In this document: one piece after another, positions 1 to 10,237 of the stretch | Layout: every line of letters begins with the position of its first letter | Position numbering within the stretch: the first letter of the stretch is position 1 | Source: Alphaproteobacteria bacterium | GTDB lineage: Bacteria > Pseudomonadota > Alphaproteobacteria > Rickettsiales > SXRF01 | Assembly (NCBI GenBank): GCA_046344715.1 | Contig: JBKDKX010000004.1 | Coordinates: 30,892 to 94,891, forward strand | DNA length: 64,000 nucleotides | Direction of reading: 5' to 3' | Notes under the pieces: generated by a model | Told to the model about the DNA's origin: nothing | Databases searched by the model: none | What the model saw: the letters and a program-made list of their open reading frames with translations, nothing else | Translations under genes and position numbers: made by a program

Positions 1-1656
1 CCTGCTCACATGAATCTCGATCACTGGTTTTTTGCTGAGTTCACGGCTGAGTAGCTTGCGCAGCGCAAGACGCACGGTTTCTATGATTTTATCATCCGGC
101 TGGCTAGGTTTTGCGGCTTCCACAATGCGCGCCACCTCATCGGTGAGTTCTTCAATAAGATCTGCATCTTCCTGTTTGCTAAGTAAACCGGGCATGGAAA
201 GATTTACGGGAGCTCGCAGCTCGCCATCTTTACCCAATACAAGACTTGCCACCACCATACCGTCATCACGCATTTTGCGGCGGGTGCGGATAATTTCAGA
301 ATCAGCCGGAATCAACGAATGACCATCCACGGCAATATAGCCGGATTGCACACGGCCAATCACGCTCGCCTCGCCTTTTTCCAGCCACACCACGGCACCA
401 TTGCTGGCCTCCACGGTTTCTTGAACACCCAGCGAACGCGCCAGTTTGGAATGTTCACGCAGGTGATGTGGTTCGCCATGCGTAGGCACGGCAATCTGCG
501 GGCGCACCAGCTCATACATGCGTTTCAGCTCATCACGCGCCGGATGGCCGGATACATGGATGAACGCATCTTTATCGGTGATAATTTCAATCTTTTTTTC
601 TACAAGGCGGTTGATCATCCAGTGAATTTTGGATTCATTACCAGGAATTTTGCGCGAGGAGAAAATCACTGTATCACCCGGCGTTAGTTTTACCGAGGGA
701 TGCTCGCCACGGGCAATACGCGTAAGTGCCGCACGTGGCTCACCCTGGCAACCGGTGCAGATAATCAGCACGTCTTCACGCGGCAGGTTCATGATTTCCC
801 TGTCGCTTACAATCTCAACATCCACATTCAAATAGCCGCTGGCTTGTGCGGCCTCTTTCATGCGGTGCAGTGAACGGCCAACCAGTGCCACCACCCTACC
901 CGCTTCCTTGGCGGCTATCATGAGCGTTTCCACACGCGCAAGGTTTGATGCGAATGTTGTGGCCACCACGCGCTTGGGGCATGTTTTTATCAGCTCTATC
1001 AAATTCTCACGCACGTCGCCTTCAGAGCCTGCCTCACCTTCCACAAATACGTTGGTGGAATCACACACCATGGCAAGCACCTTGCCATCACCATATTTTT
1101 TGAGGAGGTCATAATCGGAAACTGGGCCGATCATCGGCTTATCATCAAACTTCCAGTCACCGGTATGCATCACCACACCTTTAGGAGTGCTGATGGCAAC
1201 CGCCTGCATTTCAGGAATCGAATGCGTTAGCTCCACCAGTTCCAGTGAGAAAGCGCCAATATCTACCTTACCGCCGGAATCCAGCGTTATTACTTCCGGT
1301 TTTTTTCCCGGGCCCATTTCTGACATTTTATGTTTCAGGAATGCGCCGGTAAAAGGCGTGGTATAAATCGGGCACTCCAGTTCACGCCACAGATATGGCA
1401 CAGCCCCCAGATGATCCTCATGCGCATGGGTGATAACCAGCCCGAGCAAATCTTCTTTACGTTCTGCGATGAAGGAAATATCCGGCAGCAGAATTTCGAT
1501 ACCCGGATAATAATCACCGGCGAAACCCATGCCGCAATCTACCATCAGCCACTTGCCGCCATAGGTGTATAGATTCAGGTTCATGCCAATCTCGTTTGAT
1601 CCCCCCAAGGGTACAAAGAGCAGGTCGTCTTTATGTTTGGAAAAATCGAAGGTCAT
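1..1656 (-). CDS. rnj: Ribonuclease J (metallo-beta-lactamase/beta-CASP); C-terminal end runs off the window start
   Basis: Absent from ORF track because it is open at the edge. Own translation from ATG at 1656..1654: MTFDFSKHKDDLLFVPLGGSNEIGMNLNLYTYGGKWLMVDCGMGF...GLVITHAHEDHLGAVPYLW (HxHxDH zinc motif). Frame stays open to base 1. It sits after nuoN-birA-coaX. Confidence 0.85.
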   Translation of the reverse strand, partial: MTFDFSKHKDDLLFVPLGGSNEIGMNLNLYTYGGKWLMVDCGMGFAGDYYPGIEILLPDISFIAERKEDLLGLVITHAHEDHLGAVPYLWRELECPIYTTPFTGAFLKHKMSEMGPGKKPEVITLDSGGKVDIGAFSLELVELTHSIPEMQAVAISTPKGVVMHTGDWKFDDKPMIGPVSDYDLLKKYGDGKVLAMVCDSTNVFVEGEAGSEGDVRENLIELIKTCPKRVVATTFASNLARVETLMIAAKEAGRVVALVGRSLHRMKEAAQASGYLNVDVEIVSDREIMNLPREDVLIICTGCQGEPRAALTRIARGEHPSVKLTPGDTVIFSSRKIPGNESKIHWMINRLVEKKIEIITDKDAFIHVSGHPARDELKRMYELVRPQIAVPTHGEPHHLREHSKLARSLGVQETVEASNGAVVWLEKGEASVIGRVQSGYIAVDGHSLIPADSEIIRTRRKMRDDGMVVASLVLGKDGELRAPVNLSMPGLLSKQEDADLIEELTDEVARIVEAAKPSQPDDKIIETVRLALRKLLSRELSKKPVIEIHVSR

Positions 1657-1744
1657 GGTTGGTTACTAGTTACTGGTTATTAGTTGTTTGTAATATGGCC
1701 GCATTAATATACCAGCAACCGACAACTAACAACCAGCAACTACT
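1657..1744. repeat. Inverted heptanucleotide-repeat element (family A) filling the coaX-rnj spacer
   Basis: Left arm GTTACTA GTTACTG GTTATTA GTTGTTT (1662-1689). Right arm ACCAGC AACCGAC AACTAAC AACCAGC AACTACT (1711-1744). The arms are roughly complementary. The last heptamer contains the coaX TAG stop (1740-1742). Confidence 0.65.
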
Positions 1745-2507
1745 TATTCATCTCATATATCTCTTTAAGCCCTAAAACCGTCAAATCCGGCTCAATTTGC
1801 TCAATTACCGGGCATGCCTTGATATAAAGCGAGGCAAGGCCGCCGGTTGCTATGATTTTTATGCCATTACCCTGCTCTTCCTTGATGCGGGAAATAATGC
1901 CATCAATAAGCCCGGCATAGCCATAATAAATGCCGGATTGCATGGCCGCGACCGTATTCGTGCCCACTACCTTTGCCGGACGCATGATACCCACATTGGG
2001 TAATTTTGCAGCCGCCCTTTGAAGCGCATCGAGCGATAAATTCACCCCCGGGGCAATTACACCGCCCACATATTCGCCCTTGGCATTCACCACGTCAAAC
2101 GTGGTCGCCGTGCCAAAATCCAGTACGATAAGTGCCTGCTTATTTCTATTCCACGCAGCAGAGGCATTCACCAGTCGGTCTGCACCCACCTCACGCGGGT
2201 TATCAATTTTCACTGGCATGATGGGTTTAAGCGCAGGATCTCCCACAATCATTAAATCCGTATGGAAATAACGCTTGGCCAGCATCCGCAGATCAAAGAT
2301 TGCCTGCGGCACTACGCTTGCCAGAATCGCCCCTGTAATTTTTTTAGGGTCGAGATGCTCATGCTCCATCACCTGGGTGAGCCACACGCCATATTCATCT
2401 GCCGTGCGCCGTGCATCGGTGGAGATGCGCCACTGGCCAACAATCTTCTTGCCGTCAAACACAGCAAATACCACGTTGGTATTACCGGCATCTATCGTAA
2501 GCAGCAT
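1740..2507 (-). CDS. coaX: Type III pantothenate kinase
   Basis: 255 aa ORF. N-terminal MLLTIDAGNTNVVFAVF (DxGNT phosphate-1 motif). ASKHA-fold pattern ..LDFGTATTFD.. and ..ATGGLA... Confidence 0.9.
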   Translation of the reverse strand: MLLTIDAGNTNVVFAVFDGKKIVGQWRISTDARRTADEYGVWLTQVMEHEHLDPKKITGAILASVVPQAIFDLRMLAKRYFHTDLMIVGDPALKPIMPVKIDNPREVGADRLVNASAAWNRNKQALIVLDFGTATTFDVVNAKGEYVGGVIAPGVNLSLDALQRAAAKLPNVGIMRPAKVVGTNTVAAMQSGIYYGYAGLIDGIISRIKEEQGNGIKIIATGGLASLYIKACPVIEQIEPDLTVLGLKEIYEMNK

Positions 2508-3286
2508 TATTTCTTACCTGCTGTTTTTTTTGTTGCCGGAAAAACATCGGCAGCGAGGATATGGCGTTTTTTGCCATCTTTTAATTTCAGAATGAGCGCG
2601 CCTTGTGGGTCTATGCCCTCGGCGATGCCTTCCATTTCTTCATCCGGCAGGCGTGCGCAGAGTGTTTTACCCATGCCCCAGGCATATTGCTCCCAGTCTT
2701 TGCGCACCGGAGCAAACCCCTTGGTGTTCCACTCATTATAACGTTCTATAAAATGATGGATGAAGCGGGAAAGAATGATCTTGGCTGATACCAGCTCAAC
2801 GCCTACATCTTTCAGGCTGGTTGCTGGAAACTCCGTACGCGGTGGGAAGCTATCCACATTTACACCGACACCAACCACCACCCAGTTACCCGTATCCGGC
2901 GCACTGAATGATTCCAGTAAAATACCACCGAGTTTCTTATCACCCACTAGAATATCATTCGGCCACTTGCAGTGAATTTTCTTGCCCTTAGGCAACAAAT
3001 CTACCAGCGATTCCACCACCGCCAACGCCGCCACAAAAGAAAGCTGGCTGGCTTCAGACAGCGGTTTTTCCGGCTGAAGCAGCACAGATACGAATAGATT
3101 CCCATTAGCAGATACCCAGTTGCGCGACATGCGCCCCTTGCCTGCCGTCTGCTTCTTTGCCCAGATAACTGCGCCATGCCCACCACCCGCTTTTGCTAAG
3201 CGCTTGGCTTCTTCATTAGTGGAATCCAGTGTGTCAAATGACAGCAAGTGGTAATCATTCAGCAGATTGGCGGTTTGTTTTTTCAT
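2507..3286 (-). CDS. birA: Biotin--[acetyl-CoA-carboxylase] ligase (group I, no N-terminal HTH)
   Basis: 259 aa. Biotin-binding loop GKGRMSRNW. KWPNDIL motif. ATGA overlap with the nuoN stop and 1-nt overlap with the coaX start. Confidence 0.85.
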   Translation of the reverse strand: MKKQTANLLNDYHLLSFDTLDSTNEEAKRLAKAGGGHGAVIWAKKQTAGKGRMSRNWVSANGNLFVSVLLQPEKPLSEASQLSFVAALAVVESLVDLLPKGKKIHCKWPNDILVGDKKLGGILLESFSAPDTGNWVVVGVGVNVDSFPPRTEFPATSLKDVGVELVSAKIILSRFIHHFIERYNEWNTKGFAPVRKDWEQYAWGMGKTLCARLPDEEMEGIAEGIDPQGALILKLKDGKKRHILAADVFPATKKTAGKK

Positions 3287-4749
3287 GGAGCTACTACAAA
3301 GAGTGAATCAGCCGCAGCCTTTGCACCAGTCACCAGTGGTGTGGGCATAAGGAAGAACAGCGCAGTTACCAGCACCGCTGCAATCATGGCAGCGCGGAAG
3401 GCAAATGGTGCATCAGCATCAAAATGTTTTGCCGGAGTGTCAAAATACATCACTTTTACCACCTTGAGGTAGTAATAGCAGGCAATAACGCTAGTGGCTA
3501 CCCCAAGAACAGCAAGCCAGATGAGATCCGCTTTTACCGCTGCAAGCACCACATACATTTTACCGAAGAACCCAGCCAGTGGCGGAATACCAGCCATGGA
3601 AAACATGAATACAGCAAGCAGTGCCGCCATAAAAGGCTGCGTCTGCGAAAGGCCGGCAAGCGACTTAATATCTTCCACCGGCTCACCACCACGGCGCATG
3701 GCCAATACACAACCAAACGCACCCGCACTCATGAATATATAAAGTGCAAGGTAGACGAGCATTGCCTGCACACCTTCGGTGCTACCCGCCGCAATTGCCA
3801 TGAATATAAAACCGACATGGCCGATGGAGCTATACGCAAGCAGGCGTTTGATATTGGTTTGCATGATGGCGGCAAGCGCGCCCACCAGCATAGAGGCAAT
3901 AGCCGCAAATATAACCACCTGTTGCCATTGGCTGAGTAGTTCGCCAAACGGTTGCATCAACACACGGGTAAAGAGCGCAAACGCTGCGATTTTTGGTGCC
4001 GTAGCAAAAAACGCGGTAACGGGTGTGGGTGCGCCCTCATACACATCGGGTGCCCACATATGGAATGGTGCGGCGGATAGTTTGAAGCAAAACCCAACCA
4101 TAATAAAAATGAGCCCAACAATAGTGGCTTTTGATATTTCACCACCTGCCCCAAAGAGCGCGGAGAGCGAATCAAAGCTGGTGGTGCCAGTAAAGCCATA
4201 CACCAGCGAGATACCAAACAACAACATGCCGGATGCAAGAGCGCCCAGCACAAAATATTTAAGCCCAGCCTCGGAGGATTTAGCGTGATCCCGCTGGAAT
4301 GATGCCAGCACATACAGGGAAAGACTTGCCATTTCGAGGCCAATATACAGCGTGAGGAAATCGGCCGCCGACACCATGAACATCATGCCAAGCGTTGCAA
4401 ACAGCATAAGAATGATAAATTCAAACGGACGCCCGCCCTCTTCCCGCAACCAGCCAGAGGAGAACAACAACACTAATATACCCGCCCCCAGTATCAACAC
4501 TTTGCCAAAACAGGCAAAGGCATCGGTTATAAACATGCCGTTCATCACTGTCTGCGGCTCAGCGCAGTTATTCACCACAAAACACATGGTGAGCGCAAGC
4601 ACCGCAAGTGCCAAAATTTGGTTCATGCCATCCGCCTTGGCGCGGCAATATACACCGTACATCAGCAGTATTATGGCTGAAACACAAAGGAACAGCTCCG
4701 GCATGGTGCTGTGAAGACTTTTCATGGTAATATCGCCAAGGCCACTCAT
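3283..4749 (-). CDS. nuoN: NADH-quinone oxidoreductase subunit N
   Basis: 488 aa polytopic membrane protein of the antiporter-like family. Last nuo gene by operon order. ATGA overlap with the nuoM stop. Confidence 0.9.
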   Translation of the reverse strand: MSGLGDITMKSLHSTMPELFLCVSAIILLMYGVYCRAKADGMNQILALAVLALTMCFVVNNCAEPQTVMNGMFITDAFACFGKVLILGAGILVLLFSSGWLREEGGRPFEFIILMLFATLGMMFMVSAADFLTLYIGLEMASLSLYVLASFQRDHAKSSEAGLKYFVLGALASGMLLFGISLVYGFTGTTSFDSLSALFGAGGEISKATIVGLIFIMVGFCFKLSAAPFHMWAPDVYEGAPTPVTAFFATAPKIAAFALFTRVLMQPFGELLSQWQQVVIFAAIASMLVGALAAIMQTNIKRLLAYSSIGHVGFIFMAIAAGSTEGVQAMLVYLALYIFMSAGAFGCVLAMRRGGEPVEDIKSLAGLSQTQPFMAALLAVFMFSMAGIPPLAGFFGKMYVVLAAVKADLIWLAVLGVATSVIACYYYLKVVKVMYFDTPAKHFDADAPFAFRAAMIAAVLVTALFFLMPTPLVTGAKAAADSLFVVAP

Positions 4750-6203
4750 GGTTCTACACTCACTTGCTTAATCAGGTTTGTGACCGATGCATCCATCGCA
4801 GAAAAATACGGTTTAGGATAAATACCCAGCCACATCACGAGTACGATGATAGGTATAAAAATAATTTTCTCACGCATCGTCACATCAGGCATCGCCGATA
4901 CTTCTTTATTGGTGATTTCACCAAATACCACACGGCGATACAACCACAGCATATACGCCGCACCCAGCACCACACCAGTAGTAGCAAGCACCGCAACTGT
5001 ACTATTTGCTTTGTAAGCACCTGCTAGAATTAAGACCTCCCCAACGAACCCGGAGGTAGACGGTAGCGCGACAGAAGCCATAGTAAATATCATAAATATC
5101 AAGGCATATACTGGCATGACATTCACCACACCTCCATAGCTTGCGATCTCGCGCGTGTGCATACGGTCATACACCACGCCCACACAAAGGAAGAGAGCGC
5201 CGGAAACTAGCCCGTGGCTGATCATCTGAATAATCGCCCCCTGAATACCCTGCATGTTAAACGCGAAGATACCAATAGTCACAAACCCCATATGCGCGAC
5301 TGATGAATAAGCAATAAGCTTTTTCATGTCTGTCTGCATAAGTGCCACCAGCGAGGTATAAATAACAGCAACTAATGACAGGCCAAAGATAAGCGGCGCA
5401 AAATAATGTGAGGCATCTGGCAACATAGGCAACGAGAACCGCAGAAAACCATACGCCCCCATTTTAAGGAGGATACCGGCCAGAATCACCGAACCTGCTG
5501 TAGGTGCCTGCACGTGCGCATCTGGCAACCAGGTATGCACCGGCCACATCGGTACTTTCACCGCGAACGATGCCAACATGGCAAGGAACAGCCATTTCTG
5601 CGCATCAAGCCCAAGCTCCGGCGATTTCTGCATGAGTCCTGGAATCGAGGTGGTGCCGAAACTGTTATATAAATAAAGAATGGCCACAAGGAACAACACC
5701 GACCCCGCCAGCGTATACAGGAAGAATTTGTACGAAGCGTAGATGCGCTGCTTGCCGCCCCAGATACCGATAATGAGGTACATCGGAATCAACATGCCTT
5801 CAAAAAACAGGTAAAACATAATGCTATCAAGCGCGCAGAAGACGCCAATCACCAGTGCTTCCAGTATCAGGAAATTCGCCATAAAGGCGCGCACTCGCGT
5901 CTGGATAGCTTCCCAGCTACACAAAATGCAAATAGGCATAAGGAAAGTGGTAAGCAGCACCATGAAAAGTGAAATGCCATCTATACCCAGATAGTATGAG
6001 ATGTTGAGGCCAGAAAACCACTGGTATTGTTCTACAAACTGGAACTCTGCCGTATCGGTGCGGAATGCCGCCCACAGATAGATGGAGGCAAGAAAGGTGA
6101 CCACTGTGGTGAATAGCGCAATGCACCGCGCTTCATTATCGCTGCGCGTAAACATCGTGATAAATGCGCCAAGTAACGGAAGTAAAATTAAAATAGTCAG
6201 CAT
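4746..6203 (-). CDS. nuoM: NADH-quinone oxidoreductase subunit M
   Basis: 485 aa. Antiporter-like subunit with motifs ..WLPDAHVQAPTAGSVILAG.. and ..KKLIAYSSVAHMGF... Confidence 0.92.
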   Translation of the reverse strand: MLTILILLPLLGAFITMFTRSDNEARCIALFTTVVTFLASIYLWAAFRTDTAEFQFVEQYQWFSGLNISYYLGIDGISLFMVLLTTFLMPICILCSWEAIQTRVRAFMANFLILEALVIGVFCALDSIMFYLFFEGMLIPMYLIIGIWGGKQRIYASYKFFLYTLAGSVLFLVAILYLYNSFGTTSIPGLMQKSPELGLDAQKWLFLAMLASFAVKVPMWPVHTWLPDAHVQAPTAGSVILAGILLKMGAYGFLRFSLPMLPDASHYFAPLIFGLSLVAVIYTSLVALMQTDMKKLIAYSSVAHMGFVTIGIFAFNMQGIQGAIIQMISHGLVSGALFLCVGVVYDRMHTREIASYGGVVNVMPVYALIFMIFTMASVALPSTSGFVGEVLILAGAYKANSTVAVLATTGVVLGAAYMLWLYRRVVFGEITNKEVSAMPDVTMREKIIFIPIIVLVMWLGIYPKPYFSAMDASVTNLIKQVSVEP

Positions 6204-8180
6204 CTATCCTCCAAACACCACCCAACTGATGATCACCATGAAACCAATCAGCATGGAAAACGCATAATGATAGACATAGCCGGTTTGCAAACGACTGATG
6301 CGGCCAGCGAAAATATGGGTGATGAATGCCGCGCCATTTGGCCCCAACCCATCAATAATTTTTTCATCAAAGAACCGCCACAGATAATAACCGATGCGTT
6401 TTGCAGGACGCACAAACAGCGCATCATACAACTCATCAAAGTACCATTTATTGAGCAGGAACTGGTACAGGCGTGGGAATGTTTCAGCAATTTTTTCAGG
6501 TAGCGAAGTATTGACCACATAGAGATACCATGCCAGCGCAATGCCAGAAAGTGCAACGAGCAATGGCAGTACGGGAACCCAACCTGGCACATGATGCGCC
6601 GCTTCAATAATATGATGGCTGCCAAGTGTTGCCTGCCAAAAATCACCTTCCGCAGATACCAGCCCAAACACATGATATCCCAGCACACCGGAGAATAGCG
6701 CACCAAATGCCAAGAGCAATAATGGGCGCAACATAATCGGCGGTGACTCATGCACATGATGCATTACATCATGCGAGGCACGTGGCTTGCCGTGGAAGGT
6801 CATGAATAATAAACGCCATGAATAAAACGCAGTCATAAATGCAGCGGCAATACCCATCCAGAAGGCAAAGTAACCGACCGTTCGTCCTTGGGCATACGCC
6901 GTTTCTAAAATCATATCCTTGGAGTAGTAGCCGGCGAAAAACGGAATTCCGGCCAGTGCCAGTGAACCCAACCACATCAATACATAAGTATAGGGCATGA
7001 GTTTCCAGATGCCGCCCATGCGCCGCATATCCTGCTCGCCGGACATACCGTGAATCACCGAGCCTGCACCAAGGAACAAAAGCGCCTTAAAGAATGCATG
7101 GGTCATGAGGTGGAAAATAGCAGCGGAATACGCACCCACACCGCAAGCAAAGAACATATACCCAAGTTGCGAACAGGTGGAGTAGGCAATCACGCGTTTG
7201 ATGTCATTCTGCACCAACCCAACCGTGGCCGCAAAGAACGCTGTGAGTGCACCAATGATGGTTACAATCATAAGCGCCGTTTCAGATTGTTCAAACAACG
7301 GCGAAAGGCGCGCCACCATAAATACACCCGCTGTCACCATGGTGGCGGCATGGATAAGTGCGGATACTGGCGTTGGGCCTTCCATGGCATCCGGCAGCCA
7401 TGTGTGCAACCCAAGCTGGGCCGACTTACCCATCGCGCCAATAAAGAGCAGGATGCAAATGAGTGTTAGTGCGTGGAACTCGTAACCTAAAAAGTTCGTC
7501 ATGGCTTTGAAATGCTCGGGAGCTGCTGCAAAAATAACGTCATACTGGATCGTGCCAAAGACGACAAACGTGGCAAAAATACCAAGCGCAAAACCAAAAT
7601 CCCCCACACGGTTTACCAGGAATGCCTTGATGGCTGCAGCATTCGCCTCCGGCTTTTTGAACCAGAACCCAATAAGCAGGTATGAGCAAAGCCCCACCCC
7701 TTCCCAACCAAGGAACAGTTGCACGAGGTTATCAGAAGTAACCAGCATCAACATGAAGAAGGTAAAGAGCGACAGATATGCCATGAAACGCTGGCGATGC
7801 TCATCATGGCTCATATAACCAACCGAATAGATATGCACTACGGAAGAAACCCACGTAACGACAACCAACATCACCGCAGTAAGCGCATCTACGCGCAGCA
7901 CCCAATTCGCCGTAAAATCACCAGAAGCAATCCATGAGCCAAGCTGTACCTTGTGTACCAGCCCGACACCGCCATATATTTCTCTCCAGCTGCCGGCATG
8001 CATCGCCATAGAAGCAAATTCTGCAAATACAACACCCGAGAAAATCGCAGCAAGCACCATAGCACCACAAGTGAGTTTCTGGGCGAGTTCTGCAGATATG
8101 CTGCGTACCGTAAGGCCAACGATAAGCGCTGCCAGAAGAGGTAGGAAAACAATGAACTGTATTAATACTGTAGAACTCAT
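6204..8180 (-). CDS. nuoL: NADH-quinone oxidoreductase subunit L
   Basis: 658 aa. ..WLPDAMEGPTPVSALIHAATMVTAG.. and ..IKRVIAYSTCSQLGYM... Long C-terminal extension typical of NuoL. Confidence 0.92.
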   Translation of the reverse strand: MSSTVLIQFIVFLPLLAALIVGLTVRSISAELAQKLTCGAMVLAAIFSGVVFAEFASMAMHAGSWREIYGGVGLVHKVQLGSWIASGDFTANWVLRVDALTAVMLVVVTWVSSVVHIYSVGYMSHDEHRQRFMAYLSLFTFFMLMLVTSDNLVQLFLGWEGVGLCSYLLIGFWFKKPEANAAAIKAFLVNRVGDFGFALGIFATFVVFGTIQYDVIFAAAPEHFKAMTNFLGYEFHALTLICILLFIGAMGKSAQLGLHTWLPDAMEGPTPVSALIHAATMVTAGVFMVARLSPLFEQSETALMIVTIIGALTAFFAATVGLVQNDIKRVIAYSTCSQLGYMFFACGVGAYSAAIFHLMTHAFFKALLFLGAGSVIHGMSGEQDMRRMGGIWKLMPYTYVLMWLGSLALAGIPFFAGYYSKDMILETAYAQGRTVGYFAFWMGIAAAFMTAFYSWRLLFMTFHGKPRASHDVMHHVHESPPIMLRPLLLLAFGALFSGVLGYHVFGLVSAEGDFWQATLGSHHIIEAAHHVPGWVPVLPLLVALSGIALAWYLYVVNTSLPEKIAETFPRLYQFLLNKWYFDELYDALFVRPAKRIGYYLWRFFDEKIIDGLGPNGAAFITHIFAGRISRLQTGYVYHYAFSMLIGFMVIISWVVFGG

Positions 8181-8181
8181 A

Positions 8182-8508
8182 TCAGCCCTTCATCATATTC
8201 ACATCTTCCACCGCGATAGAGCCGCGATTACGGAAGTAAATTACCAGTATGGCAAGGCCAATAGCGGCTTCAGCAGCAGCAACAGTTAAGATAAACATGG
8301 CAAATACCTGCCCGCCCAAATCACCCAGCTTTACCGAAAACGCAACAAAATTGATATTCACCGCAAGCAGAATGAGTTCAATGGACATCAGAATGGTGAT
8401 GATATTTTTGCGGTTTAGGAATATACCGCAAATGCCGATGGTGAATAAAAGGCTGGATACCACCAGATAATGCATGATGCCGACATGCGGCAGGAAAGTA
8501 TGCTCCAT
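8182..8508 (-). CDS. nuoK: NADH-quinone oxidoreductase subunit K
   Basis: 108 aa, three TM helices. ..[18 protein letters not shown].. and ..[13 protein letters not shown]... Confidence 0.9.
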   Translation of the reverse strand: MEHTFLPHVGIMHYLVVSSLLFTIGICGIFLNRKNIITILMSIELILLAVNINFVAFSVKLGDLGGQVFAMFILTVAAAEAAIGLAILVIYFRNRGSIAVEDVNMMKG

Positions 8509-9134
8509 TATTTAATCCCCTCACCTGAATTCACCTGCACAATTGCTATGGAATCAGTGCGCTTGCGGTTCACCTGCTCGGAAATATTCTGACGGCGCAC
8601 ACCTGGGCGTTTGCGAAGTGTGAGTGTGATGGCACCGATCATGGCGATGAGCAATACAATGCCAGCCATCTGGAACGGCAGGAAATAATCCGTGTACATA
8701 ACATGGCCAATAGCGTGTGTATTAGTGATTTCGCTGGACACTGGATTGCGCGCCGCCGCCACTGTCTGCGGTGAATTAAGCGACATGTACAATACAATGA
8801 GCAGCTCAAACAACAAGATACTGGCAGTGAGCAACCCTATCGGCAGATATTTCTGGAAGCCCTGCCGCAGTTCGGCGAAGTTTACATCCAGCATCATCAC
8901 CACGAAGAGGAACAGTACCGCCACCGCACCGACATACACAATCACCAGCGTCATGGCGATATATTCCGCGCCGATAAGCACGAAGAGTGCCGCCGCATTA
9001 AAGAACGCCAGAATCAAAAAGAATACAGAATGCACAGAGTTTTTTGAGGTAATCACCATAAGGCCAGAGACCACCGTCATCACAGAAAAGAGGTAAAACG
9101 CCAGTGTGGGGATAAGTGGGATTAATTCAGCCAT
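8508..9134 (-). CDS. nuoJ: NADH-quinone oxidoreductase subunit J
   Basis: 208 aa membrane protein placed between nuoI and nuoK. ..[28 protein letters not shown]... Confidence 0.88.
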   Translation of the reverse strand: MAELIPLIPTLAFYLFSVMTVVSGLMVITSKNSVHSVFFLILAFFNAAALFVLIGAEYIAMTLVIVYVGAVAVLFLFVVMMLDVNFAELRQGFQKYLPIGLLTASILLFELLIVLYMSLNSPQTVAAARNPVSSEITNTHAIGHVMYTDYFLPFQMAGIVLLIAMIGAITLTLRKRPGVRRQNISEQVNRKRTDSIAIVQVNSGEGIK

Positions 9135-9622
9135 TACCTATACTCCGCATCAGCTGCGAGGTTTGCGGCAATCGCCGTTTCCCAGCGTTCGCCGTTCGCC
9201 AGTAATTTGTCTTTATTGTAGAAAAGCTCTTCGCGCGTTTCAGCGGCAAATTCAAAATTAGGCCCTTCCACAATCGCATCTACCGGACAGGCCTCCTGAC
9301 AAAAACCACAATAAATGCACTTGGTCATGTCAATATCATAGCGCGTGGTACGGCGTGAACCATCATTACGTTCTTCGGCTTCAATAGTGATAGCCTGCGC
9401 TGGGCAGATGGCTTCACAGAGTTTACAGGCAATGCAGCGTTCTTCACCATTGGCATAGCGTCTAAGTGCATGTTCTCCACGGAAACGCGGAGAGAGCGGC
9501 CCTTTTTCATATGGATAGTTGATGGTCACCGGTGTTTTGAACATGTATTTCAGCGTGAGCCAAAAGCCCTTCACCAGCTCAGTCAACAAGAATGCGCGGG
9601 CGGTTCTATCAAGCAATGCCAT
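9134..9622 (-). CDS. nuoI: NADH-quinone oxidoreductase subunit I (2x[4Fe-4S] ferredoxin)
   Basis: 162 aa. Two cluster motifs, [12 protein letters not shown] and [12 protein letters not shown]. Confidence 0.95.
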   Translation of the reverse strand: MALLDRTARAFLLTELVKGFWLTLKYMFKTPVTINYPYEKGPLSPRFRGEHALRRYANGEERCIACKLCEAICPAQAITIEAEERNDGSRRTTRYDIDMTKCIYCGFCQEACPVDAIVEGPNFEFAAETREELFYNKDKLLANGERWETAIAANLAADAEYR

Positions 9623-10232
9623 TCATGACTCCTGTTTTCTTTCTGCGGTAACGCTGGATATACAGATATATCAACAACGATACGGCGGATATAGATGCCA
9701 CAGTGATATAAGGCATGTAAAGCTTAACTAAAGCTTTATTATCACCAATAAAATAACCGACAAACATCAGCAGCGTCATCCACAGCCCTCCGCCCAAACC
9801 AGTCAGCACTATAAATTTATTTACATTCATGCGCGCAAGCCCCGCCGGAAAGGAAATAACATGGCGCACTGCCGGCAGAAGGCGCGCCGTAAAAATAGAA
9901 ATCTCGCCATGCTTAGCAAAATAATCCTCTATCTGCTGCATACGCTCTGGCCCGCACATCATATATTTGCCATAACGCGCAAAGAACGGACGCCCCAGAT
10001 AATACGCCAACGCATAGTTTGCAAGTGAACCGGTAATGGTACCCGTAATCGCAATAATCCACACAATCCCCAGATTCCACTGTCCCTGCTGTGCCAGATA
10101 ACCGGCAGGTATCATGGTTGCTGCACTTGGGATCGGCACAAAGGTGCTTTCAAGAAAAGTGGCGATGAACAGGCCTATATAACCAAGGCTATGGATGAAA
10201 TCGACTACATATACCAGTGCTTCCTCAATCAT
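9609..10232 (-). CDS. DedA/SNARE-associated family membrane protein inserted between nuoH and nuoI
   Basis: ORF track gives 9609..10310. I prefer the ATG at 10232 ([36 protein letters not shown]...), 5 nt after the nuoH stop. Typical DedA core ..[10 protein letters not shown].. and ..[18 protein letters not shown]... Its 3' end overlaps the nuoI start by 14 nt. Confidence 0.8.
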   Translation of the reverse strand: MIEEALVYVVDFIHSLGYIGLFIATFLESTFVPIPSAATMIPAGYLAQQGQWNLGIVWIIAITGTITGSLANYALAYYLGRPFFARYGKYMMCGPERMQQIEDYFAKHGEISIFTARLLPAVRHVISFPAGLARMNVNKFIVLTGLGGGLWMTLLMFVGYFIGDNKALVKLYMPYITVASISAVSLLIYLYIQRYRRKKTGVMNGIA

Positions 10233-10237
10233 ACCAC

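Noticed and set aside
6248-6757. 169-aa minus-strand ORF in an alternative frame within nuoL. Similar internal ORFs lie at 3957-4343, 7889-8152 and 15612-15959.
   Set aside because: They are out of frame with well-supported nuo genes. Their Cys/Trp/Arg-rich composition is consistent with non-coding frames.
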